Origin: Squalus acanthias
Lineage: Eukaryota
NCBI GenBank assembly: GCA_030390025.1
Contig: CM059432.1
Span: forward strand, 74,402,001-74,466,000
Reading direction: 5' to 3'
Length of the DNA: 64,000 nucleotides
A program made the position numbers and the translations under genes. Position 1 is the stretch's first letter; the number at the start of each line of letters is the position of its first letter. The notes below the pieces were generated by a model. The model was not told the DNA's origin. It made no database searches and worked only from the letters and a program-made list of their open reading frames with translations. Shown here piece by piece: positions 1-12,369 of this stretch.

Positions 1-319
1 AATTTAAAACAGAAATAGACAGTTTCCTAGAAGTAAAGGGCATTAAGGGTTACGGGGAGCGGGCAGGAATTTGGACATGAGTCTAGGTTCGGATCGGTCA
101 TGGCCCTGTGGGTAGTGGAGCGGGCCCAGGGACTGTGTAGCCTGATTCTGCTCCTATTTCGTGTGTGCAATTCTGTTAGATGCAGGAGATGGTTCTGTGA
201 TAGATAGTAGATTGGCGGTTAGGATCAGATCAGCCATGATCTTATTGAATGGCGGAGCAGGCTCGAGGGGCCGATTGGCCTACTCCTGCTCCTATTTCTT
301 ATGTTCTTATGTTCTTATG
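1..319 (+). mobile_element. CR1 LINE 3' end (ORF2 C-terminus, tandemly duplicated 3' UTR, (TTCTTATG)n tail)
   Basis: Reverse complement of ~47201-47520 with about 2 mismatches; encodes the same C-terminus FKTEIDSFLEVKGIKGYGERAGIWT*; GGAGCAGG/CCTGCTCC hairpin followed by a microsatellite tail. Confidence 0.93.
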
Positions 320-1518
320 GTGAGTTTCAGAGCAAAGAAAATGTTGGTTACTGCATTTGTAATACATATACAGATTTCTTTAGCTTACAAGTTTTTAAAT
401 CCAACTGTATGTCCAGTGCTACCTCATTGGGAGAACCTCTCTCACCAGTGACAGATCACTTCTGTCATCTTACCTGCAGCTGCCATCTATTCCAGCAACA
501 TCGGAGCCAATGAAACAATCAGACATTGGTCCTCTGAATCCTTCCACAATCATCCCAACACCAACATCACCAACCTCATCACCAACCTTTGCTGCCATCA
601 CCTGATGCTGCACTGGACACAGGGCATCAGCCCCTGACAAAATTGCTGGCCGGGAGGCCAACGATGGCATCACCATGGTCAGACTTTCTTCACTTGATGC
701 TGTAAACCCTGGCTGCCACATGATGTGCCAGGTTGACACCATCCCACACCAGCACTGTGAAGCATCCCTTTAATGTCCAAGCCATTCCATGCACACACAT
801 CACTATAGCGGGGCGGGGGGAGGGGGGGAGTTATGGCTGAACAATCACAGGAACTCAGTAAGACACTTCTCAATGTGTACTCAGATCTGTCCAATAAGGG
901 GCACTTTTTGAAAAAGAGATTTCACTGTATGACAACACATTACCAGAAACTTCACATGGACATTGACTAAACCTCTCAAGTGCCCACCCTTGTGTGTTGT
1001 TAGTTGGTATGCTTGCAGTAGAATGAGGGTGAGTGTGAGAGGTGGCTAGTGAGATGGGGAAGTGATAAAGTAGATAGAGAGGGTTGGGTGGAGGTGCAAG
1101 GTAAGTTGGTGTCCTGGGGATGTCTTTTCCGCCCTTGGAAGGGAAGAGAACCTCCCTGCGTACTGTGACTCCCTCCATAAGCATATGGAGGGAGTCATTG
1201 GAGAGTCTGGTGCAAGAGTTCACCTTTGTGCAGTGATTGTCAGTGTTTTCAGCACCTCAATGCTGTCAAACACTGAAAAATCAACTGTCAAAATAAAATT
1301 GTGCATGGTCCCTTTAAGGAAACCGGCAGATGACACATCATCAAATGACGTCATCAGACCCGCTTCCTGTTAATTGGCCGGTAAACCCGCAGGGCGGGCT
1401 TAACAAGGCCAATCAAGGGAAAATCACATCTGAAGAGCGGAGGCAGCTGGGGGCGGGATTGGAACCCGGAAACCAGCTGACCCGCCCCAATCCCGACACC
1501 GATGAGAAAATCGTGGCC
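320..1518. mobile_element. Internally deleted PIF/Harbinger DNA transposon (left end probably outside the window)
   Basis: Minus-strand Myb/SANT-like exon-1 remnant RLSNDSLHMLMEGVTVRREVLFPS (~1100-1223); 410-500 is homologous to the reverse complement of ~62810-62900; right TIR-like end GAAAATCGTGGCC at 1506-1518 interrupts a CR1. Confidence 0.8.
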
Positions 1519-3545
1519 TGAGTATCTCCGCTTCCACGACTTCTGTCGGTAGTGAATTCCAGGTCATCAGCACTCGCTGCGTAAAAAAGTTTTTCCTCAC
1601 ATCCCCCCTGTATCTCTTGCCCAAAACCTTAAATCTGTGTCCCCTAGTCCTTGTACCATCAACTAGTGGGAACAGTTTTTCCCCGTCTAGGCTATTCAAA
1701 CCTGTCATAATCTTGTACACCTCTATCAAATCACCCCTCAACCTCCTTTGCTCTAATGAAAACAAATCCAGCTTCTCCAATCTTTCCTTGTAGCTAAGAT
1801 CCACCATCCCCGGAACCATTCTGGTAAATCTCCTCTGCACCCTCTCAAGGGCCTTCACATCCTTCCTGAAGTGTGATGACCAGAACTGGACACAATACTC
1901 CAGTTGTGGCCTAACCAGCGCTTTATAAAGGTTCAGCATAACTTCTCTACTTTTGTACTCAATACCTCTAATTATGAAGCCCAAGATCCCATATGCTTTG
2001 CTAACCACTCTCTCAATATGTATGCCACCTTCAGGGACCTATGCACATTAACTCCCAGGTCCCTCTGTCCCTGCACACTCTTTAAAACTGTGCCATTAAG
2101 TGTATATTGCCTCTCCCTGTTCCTTCTGCCAAAATGCATCACCTCACACTTCTCTGTATTAAATTCCATCTGCCACTTGTCTGCCCATTCTGCTAGCCTT
2201 TCTATGTCCTGTTGCAGTCGATTGGTATCATCATCACTGTTTGCCACACCCCCAAGTTTGGTGTCATCGGCAAATTTAGAAATTCTACTCTATATTCCAA
2301 TATCCAGGTCATTTATATATATCAAAAAAAGCAGTGGCCCCAGCACTGACCCTTGGGGAACACCACTGTCTACCATCCTTCAGTCTGAAAAACAGCCATT
2401 TACCACAACTTGCTGTTTTCTGTCCTTAAGCCAATTCCTTATCCAAGCTGCCACTGACCCAGCTATTCCATGAGCCTCAATTTTGTTAACCAGCCTTCTA
2501 TGTGGAACTTTGTCAATCGCCTTCCGAAAATCCATGTAGACAACATCCATTGCATTCCCTTCATCAATCCTCTGTTACTTCATCAAAAAATTCATTTAGA
2601 TTAGTCAAACACGATCTGCCTTTTACAAATCCTTGTTGGCTCTCCTTAATTAGCTTAAACCTCTCCAAGTGCCCGTTAAATTTTTCCTTGATTATTATTT
2701 CTAAAACTTTACCCACCACTGATGTTAAACTGACTGGCCAGTATTTACTAGGATTGTCCTTACACCCTTTCTTGAACAATGGTGTCACATTTGCCACTTT
2801 CCAATCCTCAGGCACCTCCCCCGCATCTAGGGAAGATTGGAAAATTATGGCAAGCCCTTTCGCTATCTCCTCCCCCAATTCCCTTAGCAACCTGGGATGC
2901 AAGCCATCTGGACCAGGCGACTTGTCCAATCTAAGCATACCCAGCCTTTCTAGTACATCCTGTCTATCAATTTTCACCCCTTCCATTGCTTCTACCTTTT
3001 CCACTTCTACCGATATTTTGTCAGCATCCACCTCCTTAGTAAACACCGATACAAAGTGCTCATTGAGTATTCTAGCCTTGCCCTGCGCCTCTAGGCATAT
3101 ATCACCTTCTTTGTCTCTAATAGGCCCCACCCCGCCTCTTACTACCTGCTTACTGTTTACATTAGAAGATTTTTGGGTTCCCTTTTATGTTAACTGCCAT
3201 TCTACTCTCATATTCTCTCTTGCCAATCTTATTTTCATCTTCACATCCCCTCTCAACTTATTGTATTTGGTCTGGTTCTCCCTTGAAGAATTCAACTGAC
3301 ATGCATCATACAACCTCTTTTTTTGTTTCATCATCTTCTCTATCTCCCTTGTCATCAAAGGAGCCCTTGCTTTGGTTCCCTTACTCTTCCCTCTTGTTGG
3401 AATGTACTTAGCCTGTACTTGGAACATCTCCTCCTTAAAGATCACCCATTGTTCCATTACAGTTTTTCCTGTCAGTCTTTGGTTCCATTTTATCCTGTCT
3501 AGATCCATTCGCATCCCATTGAAGTTAGCCCTATTCCAGTTTAGA
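1519..3545 (-). mobile_element. CR1 LINE, 5'-truncated, frameshifted ORF2 (RT and C-terminal region)
   Basis: ORFs 3185-3514, 2564-3130, 1972-2247 and 1424-2008 contain KSPGPDGLHPR, WKVANVTPLFKKG, KWQMEFN and LVRPQLEYCVQFWS; same family as 16008-16922. Confidence 0.95.
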
Positions 3546-5860
3546 AGGTGGTGCGAGAACCAACAGGAGGGAAGAACCTACTTGACCTCGTCCTCACTAA
3601 TCTACCTGTCGCTGATGCATCTGTCCATGACAGTATTGGTAGGAGTGACCACCACACAGTCCTTGTGGAGACGGAGTCCCATCTTCACACTGAGGACATC
3701 CTCCATTGTATTGTGTGGCACTACTACCGTGCTAAATGGGATAGATTCAGAACAGATCTAGCAGCTCAAAACTGGCCATGCATGAGGCGCTGTGGTCCTT
3801 TAGCAGCAACAGTATTGTATTCCACCACAATCTGTAACCTCATGGGCCGGCATATTCCTTACTCTACCATTACCATCAAGCCAGGGGACCAACCCTGGTT
3901 CAAAAATGAGGAGTGTAGAATAGCATGCCAGGGGCAGCACCAAGCATACCTAAAAATTAGGTGCCAACCTGGTGAAGCTACAACACAGGACATGCATGCT
4001 AAACAGAACAAATCATAACTCTGCAGTTCTGGAACATCCAGTTGTGAATGGTGGTGGGCAAGTAAACAACTAATGGGGGGAGGAGGCTCCATGAGCATCC
4101 TCATCTCAATGATGGTGGAGCCCAGCACGTGAGTGCAAAAGACAAGCCTGAAGCATTTGCAACCATCGTCAGCCAGAAGTGCCAAGTGGATGATCCATCT
4201 CGGCCTCCTCCTGAGGTCCCCACCAGCACAGAAAGCAGTCTTCAGCCAATTCAATGCACTCCACTTGATATCAAGAAACGGCTGAGCACACTGGATACAG
4301 CAAAGGCTAAAGACCCCGACAACATCCGGCTGTAGTGCTGAAGACTTGTGCTCCAGAACTAGCCGTGCCACTAGCCAAGCTGTTCCATTACAGCTACAAC
4401 ACTGGCATCTACCTCCCAAAGTTGAAAATTGCCTAGGTATGTCCTGTCCACAAAAAGCAGGACAAATCCAATCCGGCCAATTACCGCCCCATCAGTCTAC
4501 TCTCAATCATCAGCAAAGTGATGGAAGTTGTCATCAACAGTGCTATCAAGCGGCACTTATTCACCAATAACCTGATCATCGATGCACAGTTTGGGTTCTG
4601 CAAGGACCACACAGCTCCAGACCACATTGCAGCCTTGGTCCAAACATGGACAAAAGAGGTGAATTCCAGAGGTGAGGTGAAAGTGACTGCCCTTGACATC
4701 AAGGCAGCATTTGACTGAGTGTGGCATCAAGGAACCCTAGTAAAACTGAAGTCAATGGGAATCAGGAGGAAAACTTTCCACTGGCTGGAGTCATACCTAG
4801 CACAAAGGAAGATGGTTGTGGTTGTTGGAGGCCAATCATCACAGCCCCAGGTGTAGGTGTATCACTGCAGGAGTTCCTCAGGGCAGTGACCCAGGCCCAA
4901 CCATCTTCAGCCACTCTATCAATGATCTTCCCTCCATCATAAGGTCAGAAGTGGGGATGTTCGCTGATGATTGCAGTGTTCAGTTGCATTCGCAACTCCT
5001 CAGATAATGAAACCGTCTATGCCTGCATGTAGCAAGACCTGGACAATATTCAGGCTTGAGCTGACAAATGGCAAGTAATATTTGCGCCACACAAGTGCCA
5101 GGCTATGACCATCTCCAATAAGAGAGCGTCTAACCACCTCCCCATGACATTCAATGGCATTTCCATTGTCGAATCCCCCATCATCAACATCCTGGGGGGT
5201 CACCATTGACCAGAAACTTAACTGGACCAGCCACATAAATACTGTGGCTACAGGAGCAAGTCAGAGGCTGGGTATTCTGCGGCAAGTGACTCACTTCCTG
5301 ACTCCCCAAAGCCTTTCCACCATCTACAAGGCACAAGTAATGAGTGTGATGGAATACTCTCCACTTGCCTGGATGAGTGCAGCTCCAACAACACTCAAGA
5401 AGCTTGACACCATCCAAGACAAAGCAGCCCGCTTGATTGGCACCCCATCCACCACCTTAAACATTTACTCCCTCCACCACCGGTGTACCGTGGCTGCAGT
5501 GTGCACCATCTACAAGATGCACAGCAGCAACTTGCCAAGGCTTCTTCAACAGCACCTCCCAAACCCACGACCTCTTCCACCTAGAAGGACAAGGGCAGCA
5601 GACGAATTGGAATGCCACCACCTCCAAGTTCCCTTCCAAGTCACACACCATCCTGACTTGCGAATATATTGCCGTTCCTTCATCATCGCTGGGCCAAAAT
5701 TCTGGAACTTCCTCCCTAACAGCAGTGTGGGAGTACCATCACCACATGGACTACAGCGGTTCAAGAAGGCAGCTCACCACCACCTTCTCGAGGGCAATTA
5801 GGGATCGGCAATAAATGCTGGCCTTGCCAGCGACGCTCACATCCTGTGAATGCATAAAAA
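3546..5860 (+). mobile_element. Family B LINE (CR1/L2 group), 5'-truncated, degenerate EN-RT ORF with short 3' UTR
   Basis: REPTGGKNLLDLVLTN...SDHH (end of APE domain), ALDIKAAFD, GVPQGS, MFADD, C-terminus FKKAAHHHLLEGN*; 3' end GCAATAAATGCTGGCCTTGCCAGC...A-rich tail. Confidence 0.92.
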
Positions 5861-6110
5861 TAGTGGCAGAACCTTTAGTCACCTTGCCCACTCCCTCGAA
5901 ATGTTTCGCTATACCTCTCCACCTCTCCTCTGTCCACCTTTAAAAATGTTCTTAAACCTCATCTTTTCAACAAAGCATTTGATCATCTCTCATTATCTCG
6001 CCCTCCAGACTTTGGAGTCCGTTCAACTTCAGTTCCTATTTTCCTCCCTCTGTAAAGTGCCTAGGGATGTTTTCAATGTTAAAGATGATATATAAATGCA
6101 AGTTGTTGTT
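5861..6110 (+). mobile_element. L2 LINE 3' remnant
   Basis: Ends in ...TATATAAATGCAAGTTGTTG, like the L2 copies at 44490-44860 and 55100-55910. Confidence 0.7.
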
Positions 6111-7039
6111 TTTGTTGATTGGGGTTAATTGGCATGCTAATCCATGCACACCGTGAATAAGTAGCTCAAATTTCTATTTATAGCAGACTCAGTCTGTTTA
6201 TGGAAACTGCTATCCAGGCATGAACACAGAAGAAAGATGTTGGTAAAAAGATTGAAGTGTAACAGCCCTGTGGAGGAAAAATCTGAGGATATGGCTAAAA
6301 CAAAACCACAGCTGCATGATCCATTACATATGGTATAAAAATACTAAAGATAAGTTGTGTTCTCTTCACGACTTGGTTTTAGCAGCAAACTAGTAAACTA
6401 TTTTATGGTTCTTTAGAAGTGACTTTAGGAGCCATCCATGCAGTAGCTTGATGTCATTATTGGCAGCATAGGTGTCACAATAAATTTTTAGTACAGTAAT
6501 CATATTACTGCCTATTATTCAATTTAATCATCTACCTGATTAAATATGCAGGAAAATGATGAGGCCAAGTTGCATGGATGATTAAAGAAACTAAAGCCGA
6601 TTACTGATACTGTCTAAGATTTCACAGCAATATGAAGAGAATAAACAAATACTACAATTTATAGATTTGGATTTGTGATCTTAAATTATGAATGCACAGA
6701 TCATTGTAATCCTTTTAAAAGCTTCAGCAGTGCACGAAACTTAGGATTCAGGACATCCTTAGCAGCTAACGATTAAGCCTGCGTACAGTCCCAGAGAGAA
6801 TATTGTATGTTGCTAAAAATGTCATTCTGAATTTTTAAAAGTTCTTAAATCTAGTGCTACAATACAGTAAGAAAAAGACACGCAGTGAAAATAAATCAAA
6901 GGATCTGATGGTGTGCTTTATTGCACAAAACATGAGTCAGAAGTAAAAAAAAGTTGAAATAATTCAAAATTGCTGCCAGTGGAGGGAACATAAACAGATT
7001 TAGACATCGGAGTTTATATTGCAATAGTAAGACATTAAA

Positions 7040-7830
7040 ATTGTAGTAATTGCACGAAAAACAACCCTTCCCCTGTGTGTACGCTCAGGTTAAGGCAAAG
7101 TTTGATATCGGGACAGATCAAGTGTAAAGTGGGCACACGAAGTCTTTCACAGCATTGTCGAAGATGGTATAAAGTGCAAGTGAAATTATTGTACATAACA
7201 TGGGAGGCCGGTAAGTACTTGACTTTAAAGTCAGCAGCTCCATTGAGATTCTGGCTGTGAACTGCAGGTCTCTCTGCCTGTTTCCCGGACCAGCTGGATG
7301 TTGCAGTCAGCACGTGCTCTGCTCACGAACACATTTAAACCGGCCGGCGGGGTACAAGCGGCCCCAGAGCTGCCCACGTTAAATCAGCGGCGGGGAGTGT
7401 CAGTGGATCGTGGCAATGGTCACTGCAGCTGACAACACCAAGCATAACCATTGAAGCAAGAGGCTGGGCTTTGCTGGGTCTTGCCTATTCAAACGGAATC
7501 AAGGGGTACAGTTCCGTCCACCGGGAGTGAAGCTGGCCGCATTCCCCGAGAAGGCTTCAGGCGAAGATGTGGCGCCAGCCGACCAGGTCACTGGAGAAAG
7601 AGCCAGTGGTGAACAAACTGTGACCCTTTCAGTGCGGGGCGAGCGGAAGAGTTCGTCCGGCAGCTGCAGCAGCTGCAATGGGTGGGACACAGACTGATCC
7701 CAAGCCCATTGTCAGACCCTGGTGAGAAGAGCGGCAGAAGCTTTGATGCCTCCCTAATCACCATGACACCCAACTGGGCCACTAAATCAGGACATTACAC
7801 ATCAGTCAGTTGAACAGCGGTAGCGAGGAC
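7040..7830. promoter_or_regulatory. CpG-rich, apparently non-repeat segment; candidate CpG island or first exon
   Basis: Many more CpGs than the AT-rich flanks; no recognisable TE motif; AACATGG start context at 7197-7203 followed by donor G|GTAAGT at 7210/7211. Confidence 0.35.
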
Positions 7831-7879
7831 ATTTCTCAAAAGCATTCTCTTATCATGGATAGTAAGCATAGAAACAATA

Positions 7880-8340
7880 AGATTATACTTCACACAGGAA
7901 TTCTTTGAGAGGGTGTTCAAATTAGAGGATGACGAGTATGCGCTGGGTATAATATACTTGATTTACAGAAGGCATTTAATGGTGTTCTGCATTTTGAGGT
8001 TTCAAACAATGATAACGCTGTATAGAATTAAGGGCAAATTAACCCATTGCATTGACAAATGGCTTAGCAATAGAAAGTGTGAGGTAAATCATTAATAGGA
8101 AGACTGGTAGTAAAGATGAGTGAAATTCTATATGAGTGTGTTCTAGGTCCTCTGCAGTGTACATTGTTTATAAACAGCTGGAGAAAGGCAATTTTAGTAA
8201 TATCAAATTGCAGGAGTTGTTGCTGGTTGACCAGATTTATAATAATTACAGGGCTCTGCACAATTTAATTAGATGAGGTGAGCAATGGCAGATGGTTATC
8301 CTTCAATGACACTGGAGAAGGAAAACGATTTAGGTGTGTG
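7880..8340 (+). mobile_element. Very old CR1 RT remnant
   Basis: Degraded matches to the FFE / YLDFQKAF / WLSNRK / VLGPLLF regions. Confidence 0.55.
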
Positions 8341-8476
8341 AATTAACCATTTACTAAAAGACTTGCATTCAAAATTCTGCCCCTGGATTTCATTCCAGGG
8401 TAAAGGAAGTGGAAGAGGTCTGGTAGAGAGGGAAATTGGGTGGGGTGCTGAAATTCCAGGTAGTTGGCAAAGATAT

Positions 8477-9028
8477 TGGCTTGGATTATGCGGTAATAAT
8501 AACGGTGAGGCTATCAGCGATCACTATTAGGGAGTAAATCAGACAGCAACTTCCAGCATCTGCACATGCGCAGTTAAACGCGGAAATCCGGAAGTTGCTG
8601 TCTGATTTGCCATGCTCCTCTGCAAATTTTGCTACACCGGCTCCTCGCCGAGAGACCCGGCATTAAAATACATGAAGGGTGTGAAGTTGCTAGAATTACC
8701 AACCAGATACCCACTAAACACGCCAGAAAAAGTTCGGGCTGATGCATTCAGGTGTAAGTGAATTTTTAATGGCGTGATAAGTCTTAATTACTGACAAACA
8801 ACCTCTCTGGCACTGAAAATTTACTTTTTACAAGTGTGGCGTCTCATCCCTTCAGATTTTAATTATTGTTGGAGATTTAAAAAAATTAATTTGTTTTTTA
8901 CCTTTTCTTTCTGTCTCTTTCATCTCTCTCTCAATCCCATCTTTCTTTCCCTCACTTTTATTTTGCTTTCTGCACATGATTTTACATTGAATGAAATATT
9001 CTAATTTATACTTCCTGGTTTAGAGTCT
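8477..9028. mobile_element. Non-autonomous DNA-transposon-like segment with an internal hairpin
   Basis: Inverted repeat AAATCAGACAGCAACTTCC (~8537) / GGAAGTTGCTGTCTGATTT (~8590-8608); appears to resume after 11931. Confidence 0.45.
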
Positions 9029-9527
9029 GGGGGAAAAACTCATCCCCTTAGCACCTCCCGTCAGCGCCAGTAGATGGGCTAATGGGGCGCTAGACCAATA
9101 TCGCCGGGGCGAGGCAAATCCAGCACTGCATGCCAAATTCGGCCTCCCCCATAGCGCCGCTGGTAAGAGGTATCGCCGGGAACATCAATGCCAGATAGAT
9201 CGTGACGTCAGTGAATGTGCAATGCTCACTGACCACCCAATTTGCAAAATTGATTCTCACCACTTACCTCACTGCCTGGAGTAAACACCAACAGGGAGAG
9301 CTGGCATGAAGCACCAGGAAGCCAGCTCCAGGGATATTATTTAAAGGGATCATCAGTAATCACTCGCAGCTGTCAGGTTAGTGCAGTTTCAGTAGATTTT
9401 TGTTAGTTTCATCCACTGCAACAGTTTCAGTAATTTCAAGGTTCTTTTGTATCAGGAGTCTTCTGGCAACTAAAAAGTAGCTATATTTATTCTTCAAAGA
9501 TTCAAACTGCTACACTTGGTAACATTA

Positions 9528-9806
9528 ATGGGGGCTGTATCTGCATGCCACCTCGCCCTCTAGGATCTGCGGCGGAGGGCGCATAGGCAGTGAGAAATAC
9601 GGGAACTTGTGCACAGAGAGATGAAGAGGGACATCAGGGCTCTCACCAGGAGGCTTTACCCTCTGAGGGTATTCCGAGAGCACTTCTCCTACCTTCAATT
9701 AAGCGAGGAGCATTGTATTAGATGGCTCCGCTTCACCAAGGAGGTGGTCACAGAACTCTGCCACCACCTCCAAACAGACCTCCAACCTCACACCAGGATG
9801 ACTTAA
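9528..9806 (+). pseudogene. Harbinger transposase N-terminal fragment
   Basis: RRLYPLRVFREHFSYLQLSEEHCIRWLRFTKEVVTELCHHLQTDLQP; in-frame stops upstream; DDE domain absent. Confidence 0.85.
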
Positions 9807-9959
9807 ACCCCAGATCCCCATTGCTCACCACATCCCCATCATTCCATCCCTGTCACAGGTCGTATCACAGTGCAAAGCTGAAATGAGACCACAAAAGAAT
9901 GGTAAGTGAAGTAATAAATTTATCAAAAAGTAGTGGACACATATTTACACCAAAAATGT

Positions 9960-11823
9960 TTACTTTTCACCCTTGTGCAATCCCTTCGTGCCTGTTGTTA
10001 CTGTGCCTTTTCGTACTGTAGTGCTCCTACGAAGTGTTGACCCAAATGGCTGCAGCACGACTGGTGGAAGGCTGCTGAGTGTCCGTGCAGGAGACTTCAG
10101 ATAGCCTTGCAGGATGCTCTCGACCAGCTCTGGACCTGGAAGGCACGGCTGTAGACTGCACCTCCTCACCATAGATGGCAGCAGTCTGGGATGGCTGGAT
10201 GACAGGCAGCGACAAGGGCATTGGCGGAGTGGCAGTGGTGAAAGCAGGAATGCTGTCATCCTGAGCAAGGACAGCAGGTTCCTGCTCCACTGACCCACTG
10301 CCACTTCCTCGGGGCAGCACCTCAGCATCCCTGGCAATCTGTTGGAGCACAGATTGCTGACCTGCTGCAACACCGTGAAAGCCCTGGTCAATGGTGGTAG
10401 ACCCAGTCACGATGGCAGCTGTCAGAGCTTGCGTGGCATCAAGCTGAGACTGCATGATAGCAGTCTGAAATTGGATGCCTCCAAGCATAGACTGCATTAC
10501 AGCACTATGATGTTGCTTCGCTTCCGCCTGTGTTGCAATGGAAGCTGCCAGATCGCCCATCACATGCGGCATCAGGTCTGGGTCACCACGGTCTCTCTGG
10601 AGACTGGAAATGATGGGCTCCATGGTGTGCACAGAGCCTTGTGCAATGTTGGAGGCGGACTCCTCCATGCTCCTTACCATTGCCGAGAGGCTCTCAGGCA
10701 CCCTTGCCATTGGACCTATCATCTCCGTGTGCATGCCCATTACCCTTCTTCTAAACGCCTTCCCATCAAGGGCCTCATCTGAGTCCTGTGCAGCAGAACT
10801 CGTTCTCGAACTTGCCCTCCGGGGAGATGGCCCCTGAGCCTTGCTGCAGCCCACTCATCCCTGGTGCATCACTCTGTGCAGATCCCGCTACTATACTAGC
10901 CTCTAAAGAACGCGTAGTGCCAGTATCTGAGCTGGTGCCTGCAGGTGAGACATGCTGTGATGTGGTGTGTTCTTCCTCTTCTCCCGCCTCGCTCTCAATG
11001 GTGCCCTCAGGGACAGGCTGCTCAGGTGCTTGCTGATTATCTGAAAGCATAAAGGCACAAGAGTCTAGTTAAAGTGAAGGGAAGGGGGCAGGAAGGGAGA
11101 AATGCATGCATACAGCATGATTAGCTGGAAAGTGCAAAACGCTTGTGGGGTGAGGGGGAAGTGGGATGTGAGAAGAAGGAGTAGGGATGAACATACTGTT
11201 GTTGTCCCCAAGGGGGTCAACGTCGCCAGTGGCCATGTCGCCCACCACCTGGCGCCCAATAATGTGCAGCACTCGAGTCTCTAGCTCAGGCAGTGGTTGT
11301 GTCAGCTTGTCCCCCGCCTGTGCGCTCCTGCTCCCTCCTGTTGTGTGCCACCTTGGCCTGCAGGAGAAAGGAAAGTGTGTAAGTGTGGAGCAATGTGTTT
11401 GGGTGATGCGCCTGCCATAGTTGAATAGCTATCATTGTATGCAAGGTGTGAGATGTGGGTGTGAGTGTCGGTAGGTAGAGATTGTTGGTGGGTGAGTGCT
11501 GGGGTTGTGGTGCTTTGGGCAGTGTGTGAAGATTGTGATACAGATGGTGGTATGCAGCATTTGTTGAAGCCTTCACTCACCCTGACCACCTGAGTGAGGT
11601 CGTTAAATTTCTTCCTGCACTGTGTGTGGGTCCTGGGGACCACAGTGCTGCCCGAGACGTGCTGCACTATCTCCCTCCACATGGTGTGGAAGACTTGTGG
11701 CGAGGGCCTCCTGCCACTTGCCGGGTAGAGCACCGCCCTCTGTCTCTCCACAGCGAAAACCAATGCCTCCAATGCTTCATCGGAGAATCTGCAGGCTCTC
11801 TCCCTGGGGCGTGAACCTGCCAT
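9960..11823 (-). pseudogene. Harbinger Myb/SANT-like DNA-binding protein, 3 exons (11823-11581, 11357-11197, 11040-~9960), frameshifted
   Basis: RFSDEALEALV...WREI...QCRKKFNDL; GT-AG introns; exon 2 AKVAHNRREQERTGGG. Confidence 0.85.
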
Positions 11824-12369
11824 GAGCACACCTGGTTCAGTCCTTTGGCACCTTGCATTTGCGCCTGGCGCTAATTCTCCAACTTTTCTACTGACACTGC
11901 CCATTCCTTGGCTATAACGAATTTCTAGCCCTGTGTACCTTAGTGAGGATTCTTCAATCTAATTGGTTGAAGAGACACGCTGTTGCTTGTCCTGCTCACA
12001 TATGCCACAGATCCCCTGTAGAGGGCACAGCGCTGAAAGAGATCTCTAGTAACTGTAAGTTGCCACTCAAAAGGCCACGAAAAGTCTGTGGGCAGCTGTA
12101 AGCATAATGAACGGTGAGTGCCATTCCTTCGCCACTAACCGCAGGACTTTGTCCGCCCCAGAAATTGTCTGAGGAGGTGGGATCTGCTGGGATGAGATAA
12201 CCTGTTGGATTTCCCATGACTCTTGCTCAGCGATCTGGACTCCAACAAAATACCAGTGTCGAGGACCATGGTGGAGCGGAAGTAAGGCCCACAGGGGTCT
12301 CCAGGCTGGGGTCATGACCTGGAAGACCAAGAATTGAGCCGTGAATTTGTATTACATTAGCCCTCTTGT

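Larger units (their letters stand above)
9029..11931. mobile_element. PIF/Harbinger transposon with most of the transposase deleted
   Basis: Degenerate TIRs GGGGGAAAAACTC / GAATTTCTAGCCC; convergent transposase 5' fragment and Myb-like gene. Confidence 0.85.

Noticed and set aside
1904..3299. Long + strand ORFs (189 aa and 265 aa) as novel genes
   Set aside because: They are antisense shadows of CR1 ORF2; the same applies to the antisense ORFs over the other LINE and Harbinger copies.
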